Assembly: GCA_024679065.1 (NCBI GenBank)
Contig: JAGIQG010000004.1
Span: 54,808,001 to 54,872,000, forward strand
Reading direction: 5' to 3'
Source: Sphyrna mokarran
Taxonomy: Eukaryota
DNA length: 64,000 bases
Position numbers and translations under genes: made by a program. Shown one piece after another: positions 1 through 12,439 of this stretch. Within the stretch, counting starts at the first letter, position 1. Each line of letters begins with the position of its first letter. Under the pieces are notes generated by a model, which saw only the letters and a list, made by a program, of their open reading frames with translations, was not told the origin of the DNA and made no database searches.

Positions 1-57
1 ACGCAAAGGATGAACTGGCTATGATTCATCTACATGACTCAGTACTGCACTTCTGGA

Positions 58-853
58 TATGAGAATACTGTGGCCTTAAGAAATGTATTTATTTCTTATT
101 TCCAAAACAGGCTTTATTTTAGCAGTCAGTTCAACTTTGAATGTAGCCAGTAGCCCCAGTTGTCACTGCAGCAGCAAACTTGTTCTTAGTTGCTAACGTT
201 TTCGTTTTACTTTGGATTAATGCAATTCTGTTATTGCTTTAGTTCTGGAGTTTTTCATGGTAGGGCTTGATTAGCTTGATTGACAGGAACAGTAATGTGA
301 TTGGGAGGCACAATTCTTACACAGACAAATGAGCTCAGTTGTTGTTTTGGACTTCTTGGGAAAGGCAGCTCTCTATGTGTCATTATCTTTTTCTGGATTT
401 AAAGACTGGGATCTGCTAGGAAGTTAGATTATTTCTTTGGAGGGTACCACTTGAGAGATAGAAGAAAAGTTTATTCCTGTAACCGTCCAGAGGCGTTAAA
501 GTGCTGGAAACATAACACCTAGGTGAACCGATTTGTTTATGTGCTTACTTCTGAAGAAGGGTGCATGTCTGTGGGGATATTACTTATTTTTAAACTATAG
601 AGATAGCTAGCTGTTAAGAATTATATCTTATTATGTTTAAATACTTCAAGTGGTAAACGTGTTTTAATTCTTTTTGTTCTGTTTTGACTGCGTTGTAAAT
701 TAAACTTTGATTTAATAAAAAAAATCCTATTGGGTTAAACGAATCATACATGGAGAGAAACAGCTTATGCTCTCCCTAATGCCAAAATCAAAAAGGACAG
801 GGGCTAGTCTAACTTTATAATGTACCATGGACTTTCTGACCTTGTCCCTAACA
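58..853 (+). mobile_element. Solo LTR (Gypsy-like family)
   Basis: Both ends resemble the LTR at 9570-10507; ends ...ccctaaca; flanked by TGGA/TGGC (4-bp TSD, 1 mismatch). Confidence 0.6.
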
Positions 854-2035
854 TGGCGAGCATTTGTGCATTGAGTCACAGGCTATTTGCAGAGATCTTT
901 CAAAAGAGATATTTTTCTTTGATGTGATGGCAGTTGGCCATCATTAGTTCTTCAGACTTAACGGCAAAATATTCAACCGAGAAGATAATTTATAAAACAT
1001 AGTGAAAGGACTTGTTCATATTTTAATCAGTGCATTTTGCTCGGAGATTGTGAAACGAAGTTACTTAAAAGTAACTTCTTTTCAAAAAAGTCAGCCCCTG
1101 TAAATTTGCATAAAATAACACTTGTCCAACTGTCGACAGCCAGACGCAGTAGTCGAAGCCCTTTCATACACCCCAGGGTTTTCAAAGTACCTGTCAAACA
1201 CGTAAGTTTGAATGGAAGCGTGGGAGAGTCTACATACAATTCTCCTCCGTTGCTTTTTCATGTTCGCTGCTCACGAACCTCTCATCAGCAAATATGGGAA
1301 AGAAACAATGTGCAAGTGGAGTAGCAACAAACGCCAGCGGAGTCGGGCTCGGAAATATGAGGCTTAGGGCAAGGGTGCTGAGATCTAGGGAACCAAAGGG
1401 TAGAAACCAGAGAGTCAAGAAGTGGGGTTCGGAGAGAGACAGTCCAGAGATCAAAGGAGCACAAGGCCCATGGACCCAAAGAACGGTGCCAGGGAACCGA
1501 GGACTGTTCAGAAAAGAAGTGGGGCCCCCGAAAGTAGAAGTCCAAGGAACTAACGAAAAGGATCGGGGAACCGAGCATCGTGGAGCCAAGGACAGTGAGG
1601 AAGGCCCAGACAGTGAAAGCGCCGGGGTGCGGGCCAGGGTAAACTTTAGCAGGGAGCATAGGTCCCAGCAAGCCCAAGTGCCAGGGAGTAGTTTCCGGAA
1701 GTCCATTGATGGGCCTGCGTCGCCGACCATAAGGCATCAGGTGTGGGTGCTACTGATGCCTCCGTAAGCAAATGACAGAAGAATATGTGTGCTGTGAGAG
1801 GGAGTTTGAGAGAGAGGGAAGAATGGGGAGGAGAGTTAGTGGAGGAGAGTCAATGTGTGCCGCTGGCGGTGCATGGTACAGAGCATAAGGGGTAGAAAGT
1901 GTAAAGGTGAGCTTGGTGATTTTCAGAGGAAAGGGGTTGGATATCGCTTTAGTGGAAAATGGGGAATGTGAGCGTGTGCGCGCGATTACGAGAAGTGGAT
2001 GAGGGAGGATTATGTGAGCATAATGAGGGTGACAT

Positions 2036-2336
2036 GGGACGGCATGGTGGCATAGTGGTTAGCATTGCTGCCTCACAGTGCCGGGTTCAATTCCAGCTTT
2101 GATGACTGGTGGAATTTGGTTATCCCCATGTCTGTGTGGGTATCCTCTGAATGCTCCGGTTTCCTCCCACACTCCAAATAGGTGACGATTAGGTTGATTG
2201 GCCATACTAAATTGCTCTTTAATATCGAGGGAACAGAAGAGTAAATATATAGCGTTAAATATAGGGCCGCTGTAAGTTGTTGTGGGTGCAGGTACGATGG
2301 GCCGAATGGCCTCCCTCTGCACTAGGGATTCTATGA
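2036..2336 (+). mobile_element. tRNA-derived V-SINE (HE1-like) with CR1-type 3' tail
   Basis: A/B-box head (tggcatagtggttag, ggttcaattcc), V-domain gctccggtttcctcccacac, tail gggccgaatggcctccctctgcact...attctatga. Confidence 0.85.
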
Positions 2337-3804
2337 GAGAATGTAAGACAGTGGAAGACAGTTTGTGTCAGCTTGTGTGAGAGTATTACGGGAGATGAGA
2401 AATAATGTAGGGAGGTATGTTCTTTTGTGGGGAGGCCAAGTTGACGAGGAAGGCAAAGGGGAGGGAAGGGGCAGAGTAGTGGTGGGTGCGGGATCAGATT
2501 ATGCCAATAAGTCTGGCTCACTCCCAGTATTAGGGCTCCCACATATCCTCAACCACAAATACTACAGTGTATTCACATCCAATCTCACAATGAATGAGGA
2601 TGAATGAGTGTACAACTGGAGGCTTGGACTGAGTCAGAAACACAGTTTCATCCTATTGTGATTTAATGTTCATCTTTATTAATTGCTTAAGAAAATTGTT
2701 TCTTCCCTACCTCTATTATTAAAATGCATATTTAAGGTTGTGCCAAAGATTTCCGAAATTTTCTCATTGGCTTATCGAATGAGAAAACAGGTGTCCTTCA
2801 CCGTCCGCGAATAGGTGGGACATGCGTTGTACAAACGAATGAATTGCAAGTGTGCCTTTGACAATCTTTATTTCAAGCTATGCACATAGAGTCAACTTGC
2901 TGCCAAATACATAAAGCGTCTACTTCCTGCCTTAAAAGACAGACAGTGTAGCACTGTCTGCTGCATTAATGATCTTTCGTTGTTTGTTTTTAAAATAGGC
3001 TGTCAGGATTTGGATGTGTGGAGTTTACTTTAAAAAGTCGCATCATAGAAAAGTAGTTCTTCGAAGCAAATAGTGGGGTCTTCAAAACGAAATTGGACAG
3101 ATATCTGAAAAGGCGAAAACGGTGGGGTTTTGAGGAAGAGCTCAAAGTTAATACGAATTGCTATATTCTTTTAAAATATCTACTATACAGACCCGATGGC
3201 TTTCTTTTGTCATGTCGGTTTGTATGATTTCACACGCCCACGTAAGTAGATGCAGGTTTGAATGACGAAGTACAACTACTAGCTACTTTTGTATTTGGTA
3301 GACAGATTTATAAAATCGAGCTCCAGCCGTTTCACATCAAGAGCGTATCGAAGCTGGAAGTCATAATGCAGCAAAGCCAGACATAAAACAATATCCAGGT
3401 TTAACAGTGTCAATCACAAAATGGGTACGATTTGTTATTTTGTAAGAGATCTGTCCACCTTTTTTCTATTATTGTGAGATTTCTTACTGTACCAATGTTT
3501 TTTTCCAGTATTCATAGATGCTGATAGGTATAGCAACGTGATTAGTGTATTATTGCAATGGAAAAAGAAGCGACAGCTCATCAATTAAATAAAACGGATG
3601 TAACCGTAAGGTATGACAGAGTAGCTACCATTTTCTACAAGATAGTTAAAACAATATTCGTCAACAAATCGAAGACTAATTAATAGTGGAAGGCAAAATT
3701 CTCAGAACTATTATTGGAATTATCTTACATCTTGGAAGGATGATATCACACCATTCATACACAGCTGGAATATTAATTGCTACTCGTTTCTTACTTCTGT
3801 ACAG

Positions 3805-3913
3805 CTTGTCTCGGTCATGGCTATTCGTTCTCTCTGCAGCCAGACATACTCCGTGTTGGTTTCATTTTATTGCATTTTCCCTTTTTCTCTGAGTTGGCAT
3901 ACGCAAGAATCGC
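3805..3913 (+). pseudogene. Probable decayed Arg-containing TM exon of an IgSF receptor
   Basis: Acceptor ttacttctgtacag and donor C|gtatgt. Reads (A)CLGHGYSFSLQPDILRVGFIL; restoring 1 nt gives AFSLFL*VGIRKNR. An alternative reading as a leader exon from ATG 3817 exists. Confidence 0.4.
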
Positions 3914-4422
3914 GTATGTCTGCTCGTGTCTTTCTGTCGTGCGTTGTGTGTGTAATATAACAGTATATCTTCTGCCCAAACTATTATCGGAAGATCGCAA
4001 AAATAGCGTTGAAAAACACACATACAAAGTTACCAGAAATATATGCCATTCGTTCTCTTACGATCGTCAACATTAAGTTCATGATTTATAGTTTGTTCTC
4101 ATCTATTACTCATTCATATCGGAGCATAAACGGTTTTCTTATCTTTATGGTTACGTCTCGGAATTTTTCTGGTTTTACTCAAATCTAATACAGCATAATG
4201 CATGATCTCCTCTGTTGCTCTCTGCATAGACCGGAGCGAAAATTTTTGATTCTGTGGCCAGTTTATTTTCTTCTGCAGGTTCCACAGCACTGGGTATAGA
4301 ATAGTCAGATTGACCTGAGCTGAAAAACAATTTCACAAGTGTAATTTGTTTTGATAAGCGAAAAGGCGAATGTTAGCACCCTGGTCATTATATACTCGCA
4401 GAACGCTATTTACATGGGGAAA

Positions 4423-5768
4423 ATAATAATAATCCGAAGAGGACAGGAGCGAAAACGCATCCCTGTTTAACGCCGTTTCTGATTGGGAATGGGTTGGACA
4501 GCTCACCACATATGTGGATGCGACCCTCCATGCCTTCATGAAACTGGCGTATAATTTTGCATAAATGTGGAGGGCAACCAAGTTTCTGTAGGAGTTTCCA
4601 TAAGCCTATCCAAGATGCCAGATTAGAGTCATCAGATTCAGGTGTCTTCTTACAAACCAGGACTGATGGTGGTCTTCTCAATCTCACCAGACTGAAGGCG
4701 AGAACAAAAGTAAGGGACCTAGTGTTACGAGAGCTTCAGTTTGCTGATGACTGTGCCCTAGTAGCGCATACTCTCGAAGATCTCCAAGCGATCACCAACC
4801 GCTTTGCCAGTGCAGCTAAAAACTTCGGATTAACAATTAATCTTAAAAAGACCGAGGTTCTGCACCAGCCAGTTCCTGGATCAAATCGTGAAGAACGATC
4901 TGTGCTCATCGATAACACAAGTCTTAATTCAGTAACCAACTTCTGTTACCTGGGCAGCATGATAACATCCTCCACCTCTTTGGACATGGAGATTGAATCG
5001 CGAATAAATAAAGCTTGCTTTGTCTTTGGACAGCTAAAAAGTCGTGTCTGGTCACAGAACATCAAGATGGCCACAAAGTGCGAAGTATACAGAGCCTTAG
5101 TCATGTCTGCACTGCTCTACGGTTGTGAGACATGGTGTCCATACCAAAGACATTTTCGACAGCTGGACCAACTTCAACAACGACAGTTACGCTCTCTGAT
5201 GAGAATTACATGGAAAGATAAAATAACTAATACTGAAGTTCTCTCCCGAGCTAAAATGCCAGCTGTCTCAACCCTGGTGATGTCTGCCCAATTGCGCTGG
5301 GCAGGACACGTAGTCAGAATGCAGGATGGAAGACTGCCCAAGGACATCATGTACGGCCAACTGTCTAGTGGCACCCGCAAACAAGGAGGTCAGCGGCTGC
5401 GATACAAAGACACTCTGAAAAGGAGCCTCAAAAAAGCTGACATCGACCCATCAACATGGGAAGAAAAGGCCCTAGACCGTGCACAGTGGCGGACCATCAC
5501 AAGAAAGAGCGTCGACGATATAGGAAAAAAGGACCGAGGAGCAGCACTAGAACGACATAGGAAACGCCACAGTGGAACTCCCGCTCCAACACCCACAGCA
5601 GATCTCGCCTGCCAAATATGCGGAAAGCAGTGCCTGTCAAGGATCGGTTTATACAACCACAGCAGAACACACACATCAAACTCCCAAAACAGAACTATCA
5701 GAAAATAAACGAAATGAAGGAAACCATCATCATCCCTTGGGATGGATAGCGATAGTATAGTATAGTAG
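4423..5768 (+). mobile_element. 5'-truncated RTE-clade (BovB-like) LINE with 5' inversion
   Basis: Open RT C-terminal half (LQFADD, FCYLGS, LRWAGHVVRM, terminal CQICGK..HSRTH), (ATAGT)n tail, TSD TACATGGGGAAA at 4411-4422 and 5769-5780; 4423-4610 encodes the preceding RT part on the minus strand. Confidence 0.95.
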
Positions 5769-5899
5769 TACATGGGGAAAGACCACAAAGTTCTGCGGCA
5801 CAGAGGGCCCGAATGTCCTACACACGATTCTTAAAAAGCTGGTGTGCAGGTAAATTATTAGGAACAAAAAATGAATGTTGATTATTATACTGAAGTGAT

Positions 5900-6990
5900 G
5901 CCACGTTAACTTGGTTAAGGGAAGGACAGGATGGGCAGCTTAACATTCTAGGATACAGATGTTTCAGGCGGGATAGAGGAGGATGTAAAAGGAGTGGGAG
6001 AGTTGCACTATTGGTTAAGGAGAATACCGCAACTGCGGCAGAGCAGCTCGGAGGGCTCATTCAGCGAAGTAATATGGATAGAGCTCAAGAGTAGGAAGGG
6101 TGTAATCGCAATGTGGGGATGTAGTTTAGGCCATCCAATTGCCAGCGGGAGATAGAAGAACAGTTATGTAGGCAGATTTTCGCAAGGTGCAAAAGTAACA
6201 GTGTTGTTAAGGTGGGAGATTTTAACTTCCCCAACACTGATTGAGACTCACTTAGTGCTAAAGACATGGGTTGGGTAGAATTTGGAAGGAACATCCAGGA
6301 GGGCTTCTTGGAACAGTGTGTAAATAGTCCAATTAATGAAGGGGGCTGGTTAACGAGACATCACCTCAGTATAACAATCAATGTTCATTTTTTGTTCCTA
6401 ATAATTTACTTGCGCACTAGCTTTTCAAGAATCATGTGTAGAACATTCGAGCCCTTTGTGCCACTGAGCTTTGTAGCCTTTCTCCATGTAACTAACGTTC
6501 TGCGAGTATATAATGACTAACTTAACGTTCTGCGAGTATATAATGCTAACATTCACCTTTTTGATTTTGGGAATGAACTCGGCCAAGTGCTCAATGTAAC
6601 TGTAGCGGAGCATTTCGGCAACAATGAACACAATTCAGAAAGCTTTAAAGTACTGGTGGATAAAGAGAAGTGTAATCCTCAAGTCAAATTGTTAAATTGG
6701 GGCAAGCAACATTAAGCAGAAAATGAAAAATGAAAATTGGAGGCACATGTTTGAGGGTAAATAAACATCTGGCATGTAGGAGGCTTTCAAGCGTAAATGG
6801 ATATGGATTCAGGACCCGCACATTCTTGTAAGGATGTGTTTGGCAAGTTTTGGGAGCCTTGGATAACAGGAGATATTGTAGGCCTAGTCAAAGAGAAAAA
6901 TAAAGCATTTGTCAAGGCTAAGAGGCTGGGAATACACGAAATAAGTTTGAAATACAAGGAAAGTAGAAAGAAACTTAAGCAAAGTAAGGA
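5900..6990 (+). mobile_element. Degenerate CR1 LINE, endonuclease region
   Basis: Recognisable WLREGQD..LNI.GYRCFRRDR and VGDFNFP motifs with stops; interrupted at about 6345-6560. Confidence 0.8.
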
Positions 6991-6994
6991 GGGC

Positions 6995-7860
6995 TGACAG
7001 CTCCAGAATTCTGACAGCTCCAGAATTCAGTGCATGCGCACTCGTCCCGATCTGTCAGATTCCCCTTTTGCTGACTAACCCATTCGTTGGCAGCCCGGGA
7101 CTACCGCAGTGCTGTCCCTCCAATTCCCCATTTCCCCAGTGGCCCAACGCAGCCCTCTCAGCAATTTTCTGGCCAGCCCCGACCGCCAACCCCACCTCCA
7201 GAGCCCCGATGCTCAACACCACCCCCCACCCCCAGCAGTGGCAATCCCCCTACGCTCCTCACCCGGAAGACATCCCGACCCCTCAGGAGTCAGACCCCCA
7301 TCAGGCAACCTCCCTCCTCCCCCCATAGAACACGCCCCACCAGCTTGCCCTAAACGATGCCGTCCCTCCATCTCAGACCGACCCTGTCTGCAGTGTGGCA
7401 GGGAGACCCCCCACCCCACCGAAAGGGGGACCACTCCTCCCCACCGAACTCCCCTAGGCTCCGTCCACAATAGGCCCCTCTCCTTAGCGCTCAATGCCCG
7501 ATGGGCAGTGCCAAGGTGTTCCCCCAGGCATGGGCACTTTGTCTCTTGGGCAGTCTTGGGGACACAGGCTGGTAGTGCCAGTGTGCCCTTGCACAAGGGC
7601 ACCTCCCTCCTACCGCCCGACCGCCTGGTGGGCCCCGAGTTTGCCCACTCCATTAGGCGGGGTTTCCCCCTAGCCCCCTGAACGTGTGGAGCTAGTCTGA
7701 AACTTCCCAGCATGAAGTACTCTTGACGGGGTGGAAGATTCCATCGGGACCTGAACGGTTCTGATAATGAATTAATAAACATATTTTAAACATATTTTAC
7801 AAATATTTAAATTACTTACCTGCCTTCCCGCCGATTTTCAGCATGGTTTGCAGCTCCTCC
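6995..7860. repeat. Unclassified GC/C-rich interspersed repeat
   Basis: Abrupt GC-rich block with C-runs and repeated GGCAGTGCC/GGCAC words; starts with a 17-bp tandem duplication ctgacagctccagaatt; Pro-rich spurious ORFs in several frames. Confidence 0.45.
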
Positions 7861-7999
7861 TGGGTTTTAAATGAGATTCACGACTCTGACCTCTGCAGTG
7901 CACAGATTGCGGAGAGTCAGGTGAGAAGCTGAACTGACAGCACAGCCGGGACTTAGAGCAGTTTTCCTACCAAACCAGCACCTTTGGGGGAATTCCGCC

Positions 8000-10507
8000 T
8001 CCCCATTATTTCTGAACTTCAACATCTTTATCGTCATTGTGTTCTCTCCTCCTGCCTCAAAATGTGACTTTGTGACCTTGTTGGTTGGGAAACTTTCCAT
8101 TATATGATTCATGCAATAGCTCAATTATTTGATTTTTCCACTATTTTTTCAACTACAGTAGGCATTGCTGCCCTCCAGGTGCCTCATTAGGCAGGATAAA
8201 TTGTATTCCTGAAAAAGATAATTTCTTTGTTACTCATATCAGCACTTCAGCTTTTTTCACAGAACTTTCCAGCCTTAACTTAAATAGTGGAACATAGCCT
8301 TTTCACAATGGATTCCATATATAAACAACTTTTGGACAATACTCCTTCTAATCTATATCTCTGCTCATCGCTCACCATTAAAGATTAACTTGTTCCCGTA
8401 TCTCTTAAAGCCTTAATTCATTTACATGCTTCTCCTTGTACAGATGATTAAGTTTTGTACACTCAAGTGAATCATTCAAAGAGATCTGGAACTCGGTTTC
8501 AAACAACCGCTGAGCATCCTTTTTCACATGTTTATCTTCAACCATGATTTCCTTTACCACTTTAACAAAATCCATTGGCTTATCCTCCATCTTTTTACTA
8601 AAACTGCTGTTCAAACGTTCATTTCCTTCTCACATCTATCTTTCTAAAGCAGTTCTTAAGCCACCAACACTGTCATTTTGTCCGTCCAAATTTATTACAA
8701 GGTATCTGAGACTTTTCATTTCTCTTCCATCCTCATATGTTTCCTTTATAAACTGAGGTACGTTATCTTTACTATCACCAACGAAATCACCTTTGCTTTT
8801 ACCACCTGAGATTTTCTGTTTTTGCCAGTTCTTATCCCATGCAGATTAAAATTTGTGTCAAAAAATAAACATTAATTCACGAAACAATGGAAAATCGTCT
8901 GCTATTTTTGCTTCTACTCTTGCAGTTTTATACAATTTGATTCCTAACATTTCAAGTTCGAATTTTCATTCCACTTCCTGATGTCTTAATACTCTTTGTT
9001 CTATTTCTTGCAGTGTTACTCCATCTTTTTATTTTTTGTTCTGCCAGGGCTATTCTGTCCTTTTCCTTGACTTCCATCTCTCGATTTTCTCCCCTGGAAA
9101 TACCACTGTCTCTCTATTTTTTTACTAAAATTACTATTCAAACTGTCTCATTTTCTTCCCATGTTGCAGCTGTCTTAGGTTTTAGTCCTGTTCAAGCTGT
9201 TTCATTATAATGAATTTTAGCCATTTCCAATGAGCTAGACTGTGTTGCTGGCACATGCAAATGTTGAGCTGTCACTGAAATTATCTCTGCATTCCCCGCC
9301 CCTTCACATATAGTCAATCCCAGCTGCACTGCCAATTCCAAAAGCTTTGTTTCAACCACTTCTGGCAAACAACTCCGAGTGACCTCATTCACACCCAGGA
9401 AAACTTCAGCCACTGAAAGAGTTATTACTCCACAAAGCACTCCCTATTTATACAAACTGTATGCATCATCTAAAAAAAACATAACCAGTACTTAACGCCC
9501 ATTGTCTTCGTGTTTAATAATCCTTAGAAAAACAAAGAGTTTTTTAAATCTCAAGCAAGCCTCCAATTTTGTAAGGGACCGGACTAGAATCCCCAAGGTA
9601 GATTTTGAAGTTACACTACACAGCAACTATTTTTATTTTCATATTAGTGTGAGCAAACTTCAGATGCGATTCTATTGAGACACTAGGAAGATTTAACAAA
9701 ACAAACATTATTTTAACAATACACTCTAAATATGATGAATGATTAGCTTTCAAATCTTTGAATGCTTCTGGAGATAGAAAGATAAAAAGACAGCCATCTT
9801 TTGATACTCAAACAGCAGCCTCCTTAGAGGGAATGACTTCTTTATACTTATTCTTGGGGCATGGGTACCACTGGTTTGCCAGCATTTATTGCCCTTGTTC
9901 TGAGGACAGTTGAGAGTCAATAACATTGTGGGTCTGCAGTCACATGGAGACCAAGCCAGGTAAAGATGGCAGATTTCCTTCCCTAATGGAGTTTACTGAA
10001 GCAGATTGTCCTTACCAAAAATTGACAGTTGTTTCACGGTCATCAATAGATTCTTAATTCCAGCTCTATTTTATTAAATTAAAATTCCTCCTGCTGTGTT
10101 AGGATTCAAACCAGGGTCTCCAGAATTTTAACTGCACTTCTGGATTAATATTTTACCCACAGTATCACTAAACAATCGCTTGCTTCTTTCAAAGCCAAGA
10201 AAAAAAAACAGTTGTTATTCTCTGTAAACTCAGCTCCTTCCCTTCACATGCCTTTACCTCTATCAATCAACCTAATCAATCCTTAGTCTGAAGCCCAAGG
10301 GAAGAAAAGCATGAACAAAAATAAATTAGCTCAGGTAAAACCAAACGTCCCATTATATAGGATCAATTATTCTCCTCCATTCTCAGCATGAACCTGTTTG
10401 GTATGATGACAGATCAGCACTAGGTATTGCGGAGTTGGATGTTAAATATACCCTTCACAAGGAGAACAATATAAATACCTTTTTCTTAAAGGGACAGTAT
10501 GATCACA
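8000..10507 (-). mobile_element. Decayed Gypsy-like LTR retrotransposon 5' part (LTR 9570-10507, PBS, gag-like remnant)
   Basis: LTR TGTG...TACA is followed on the minus strand by TGGAGGCTTGCTTGAGAT (degenerate tRNA-Pro PBS) and a broken gag-like frame with an E/R-rich coil; the LTR carries a SINE at about 9840-10180. Confidence 0.6.
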
Positions 10508-10559
10508 GTTCTGAGCTCTAGTCCGTTTCCTAGAAAAATATACCAGCTAGATCAGAGGT

Positions 10560-10858
10560 TATAGAATCACTGCAGTGCAAAAGGAGGCCATTCGGCCCTT
10601 CAAGTCTGCACCGCCAATTATCCCCACCCAGGCCCTATTACTGCAAACCCACATATTTACCCTGCTAACCCGCCGACACTAGGGTCAATCTAGCAAGGCG
10701 AATCCACCTAACCTCTGTATCTTTAGACTGTGGGAGGGAAACCACACAGACACAGGAAGCATATACAAACTCCACACGGGCAGTGACCTGAGGCCGGAAT
10801 TAAGCACAGGGCCCTGGTGCTGTAAGGCAGCGGATCAAACAGTGTCCCGCCATGCCGC
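10560..10858 (-). mobile_element. V-SINE (HE1-like)
   Basis: Reverse complement shows the same head, V-domain and CR1-type tail as 2036-2336. Confidence 0.8.
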
Positions 10859-12439
10859 TCCAATCTAGTCCGTAATTCTATGTATTATTTGAACTCAATA
10901 TTACTCGTTATTCATTTGGGCAAAATGAAACAGGGTGGCGAAATGATTTGGAAAATCTTTAATAAATTGCAGATGTGCAAATATTAAAACAGGGTAGGAC
11001 CTGATTACCATATAGGACTCTTGATTGTTGGATCTGCCTTGGGAACAGATTGACTCTAAATAGCACCATGCATTCCATACAGAATGCCAGTGTATGGAGA
11101 TTGCATGCAGCACATGAGTGTCGGGGCAATATGGAACTCTCGGCACATGGTGATAGAGCATAGAACATAGAACACTACAGCACAAATAGGCCCTTTGGCC
11201 CACAAGTTGTGCCGATCATATCTATACCTAGCAGGCCATAGAACTATCTGTAACTCCCAATGTCATTAAGTCCCATGCAGTCATGTGATGCATGCTGAAA
11301 ACATACAAGCTGCATTAATACTTGATTATTTGTTCCCGTCCTGAGTCAGAGAGCAGAGGCAGGACAACATTTGACAGGATTGTCTAGAAGGCTAATCTTT
11401 TAATGTTTAAAAAACCACACAAGGTGAAAGACAGATATATATTCTACATTTTAAAAGTCATGTAGCTGTTAGGAACGATAATGATAGAATGCACTTGGAG
11501 TACATGGAATAAACTTTAGCTAAACTGCATTTTGCAATGTATTTTATGCTGTGTTGTTTAAGTTACTTCCTAATGTAATGTTGATTCTTACAAACCTCAG
11601 TGATTATTTCAGATATTGTAGGGAAGTTTATTTCCGTAGTTGACGTATTCACGCCTTCTGAAAGGTAATGTGAACTATGTCTCTGACAGGTATTGCATAA
11701 TCCAATGTAGATTGAACACCTGCAAGTCATGTTCCAAAAATGCTAGCACATCACAACTTGGTTTCTTAAGATCACTGAATTCTTTTGAGGTTCTGACGCA
11801 GGCACGGAGATCTCCAGAGAAGAGTTAGTCTGCCTGTAAAATGTACAATTAATATATGCAAATCTTCTCTTCTTTTACATTTCCTTCACTTCCACTTTCT
11901 TCCTCTTCCCTCATTTCCCTTCCTTTCCCTCTTTTTTATTCCCCTCCCTCATTTCCACTCCAATTCTTTCCTGTTTCATCTTCTCCCCTTTTTATTTTCC
12001 TCCTTTACCACCCTATTTACAGAAAGATAACCCACCAATTGTGTTAAAAAATGTTTTATTGATTGTTCTGTGAAAGTGACCAACATTTTCTTGATCGTCG
12101 TGTTGAAGCGAAAATTATTTTTATTTAAAAGAAATTTGGAAAAGTTGAGCTAATTAAATGAAATGTCACTTGCAACTGTTAAAGTTAGATGTTTAGTCAC
12201 ATGTTAACATGATATCAAAGTCTGGCACACATAACATTACTTTCATTAATGAATGCTTTCCATTAAATGTTACAAAATCCTGCAGATGCCTGGTTGAAAC
12301 ATCAAAACGCAACACTTAATATGGAATTCTACAAATGTTGTATTGAAACATCAAAACACATTTCAATATGAGATAATTACAATTGAAGATCATAAGTGAG
12401 ATTTTAAAAATGCAGCAGAATAACAATGATAATTACATC

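Noticed and set aside
2036-2110. tRNA-like A/B boxes
   Set aside because: These are SINE heads, not tRNA genes; no cloverleaf.
7068-7782. Overlapping Pro/Gly-rich ORFs up to 190 aa
   Set aside because: A by-product of a GC/C-rich repeat; no domain or exon structure.
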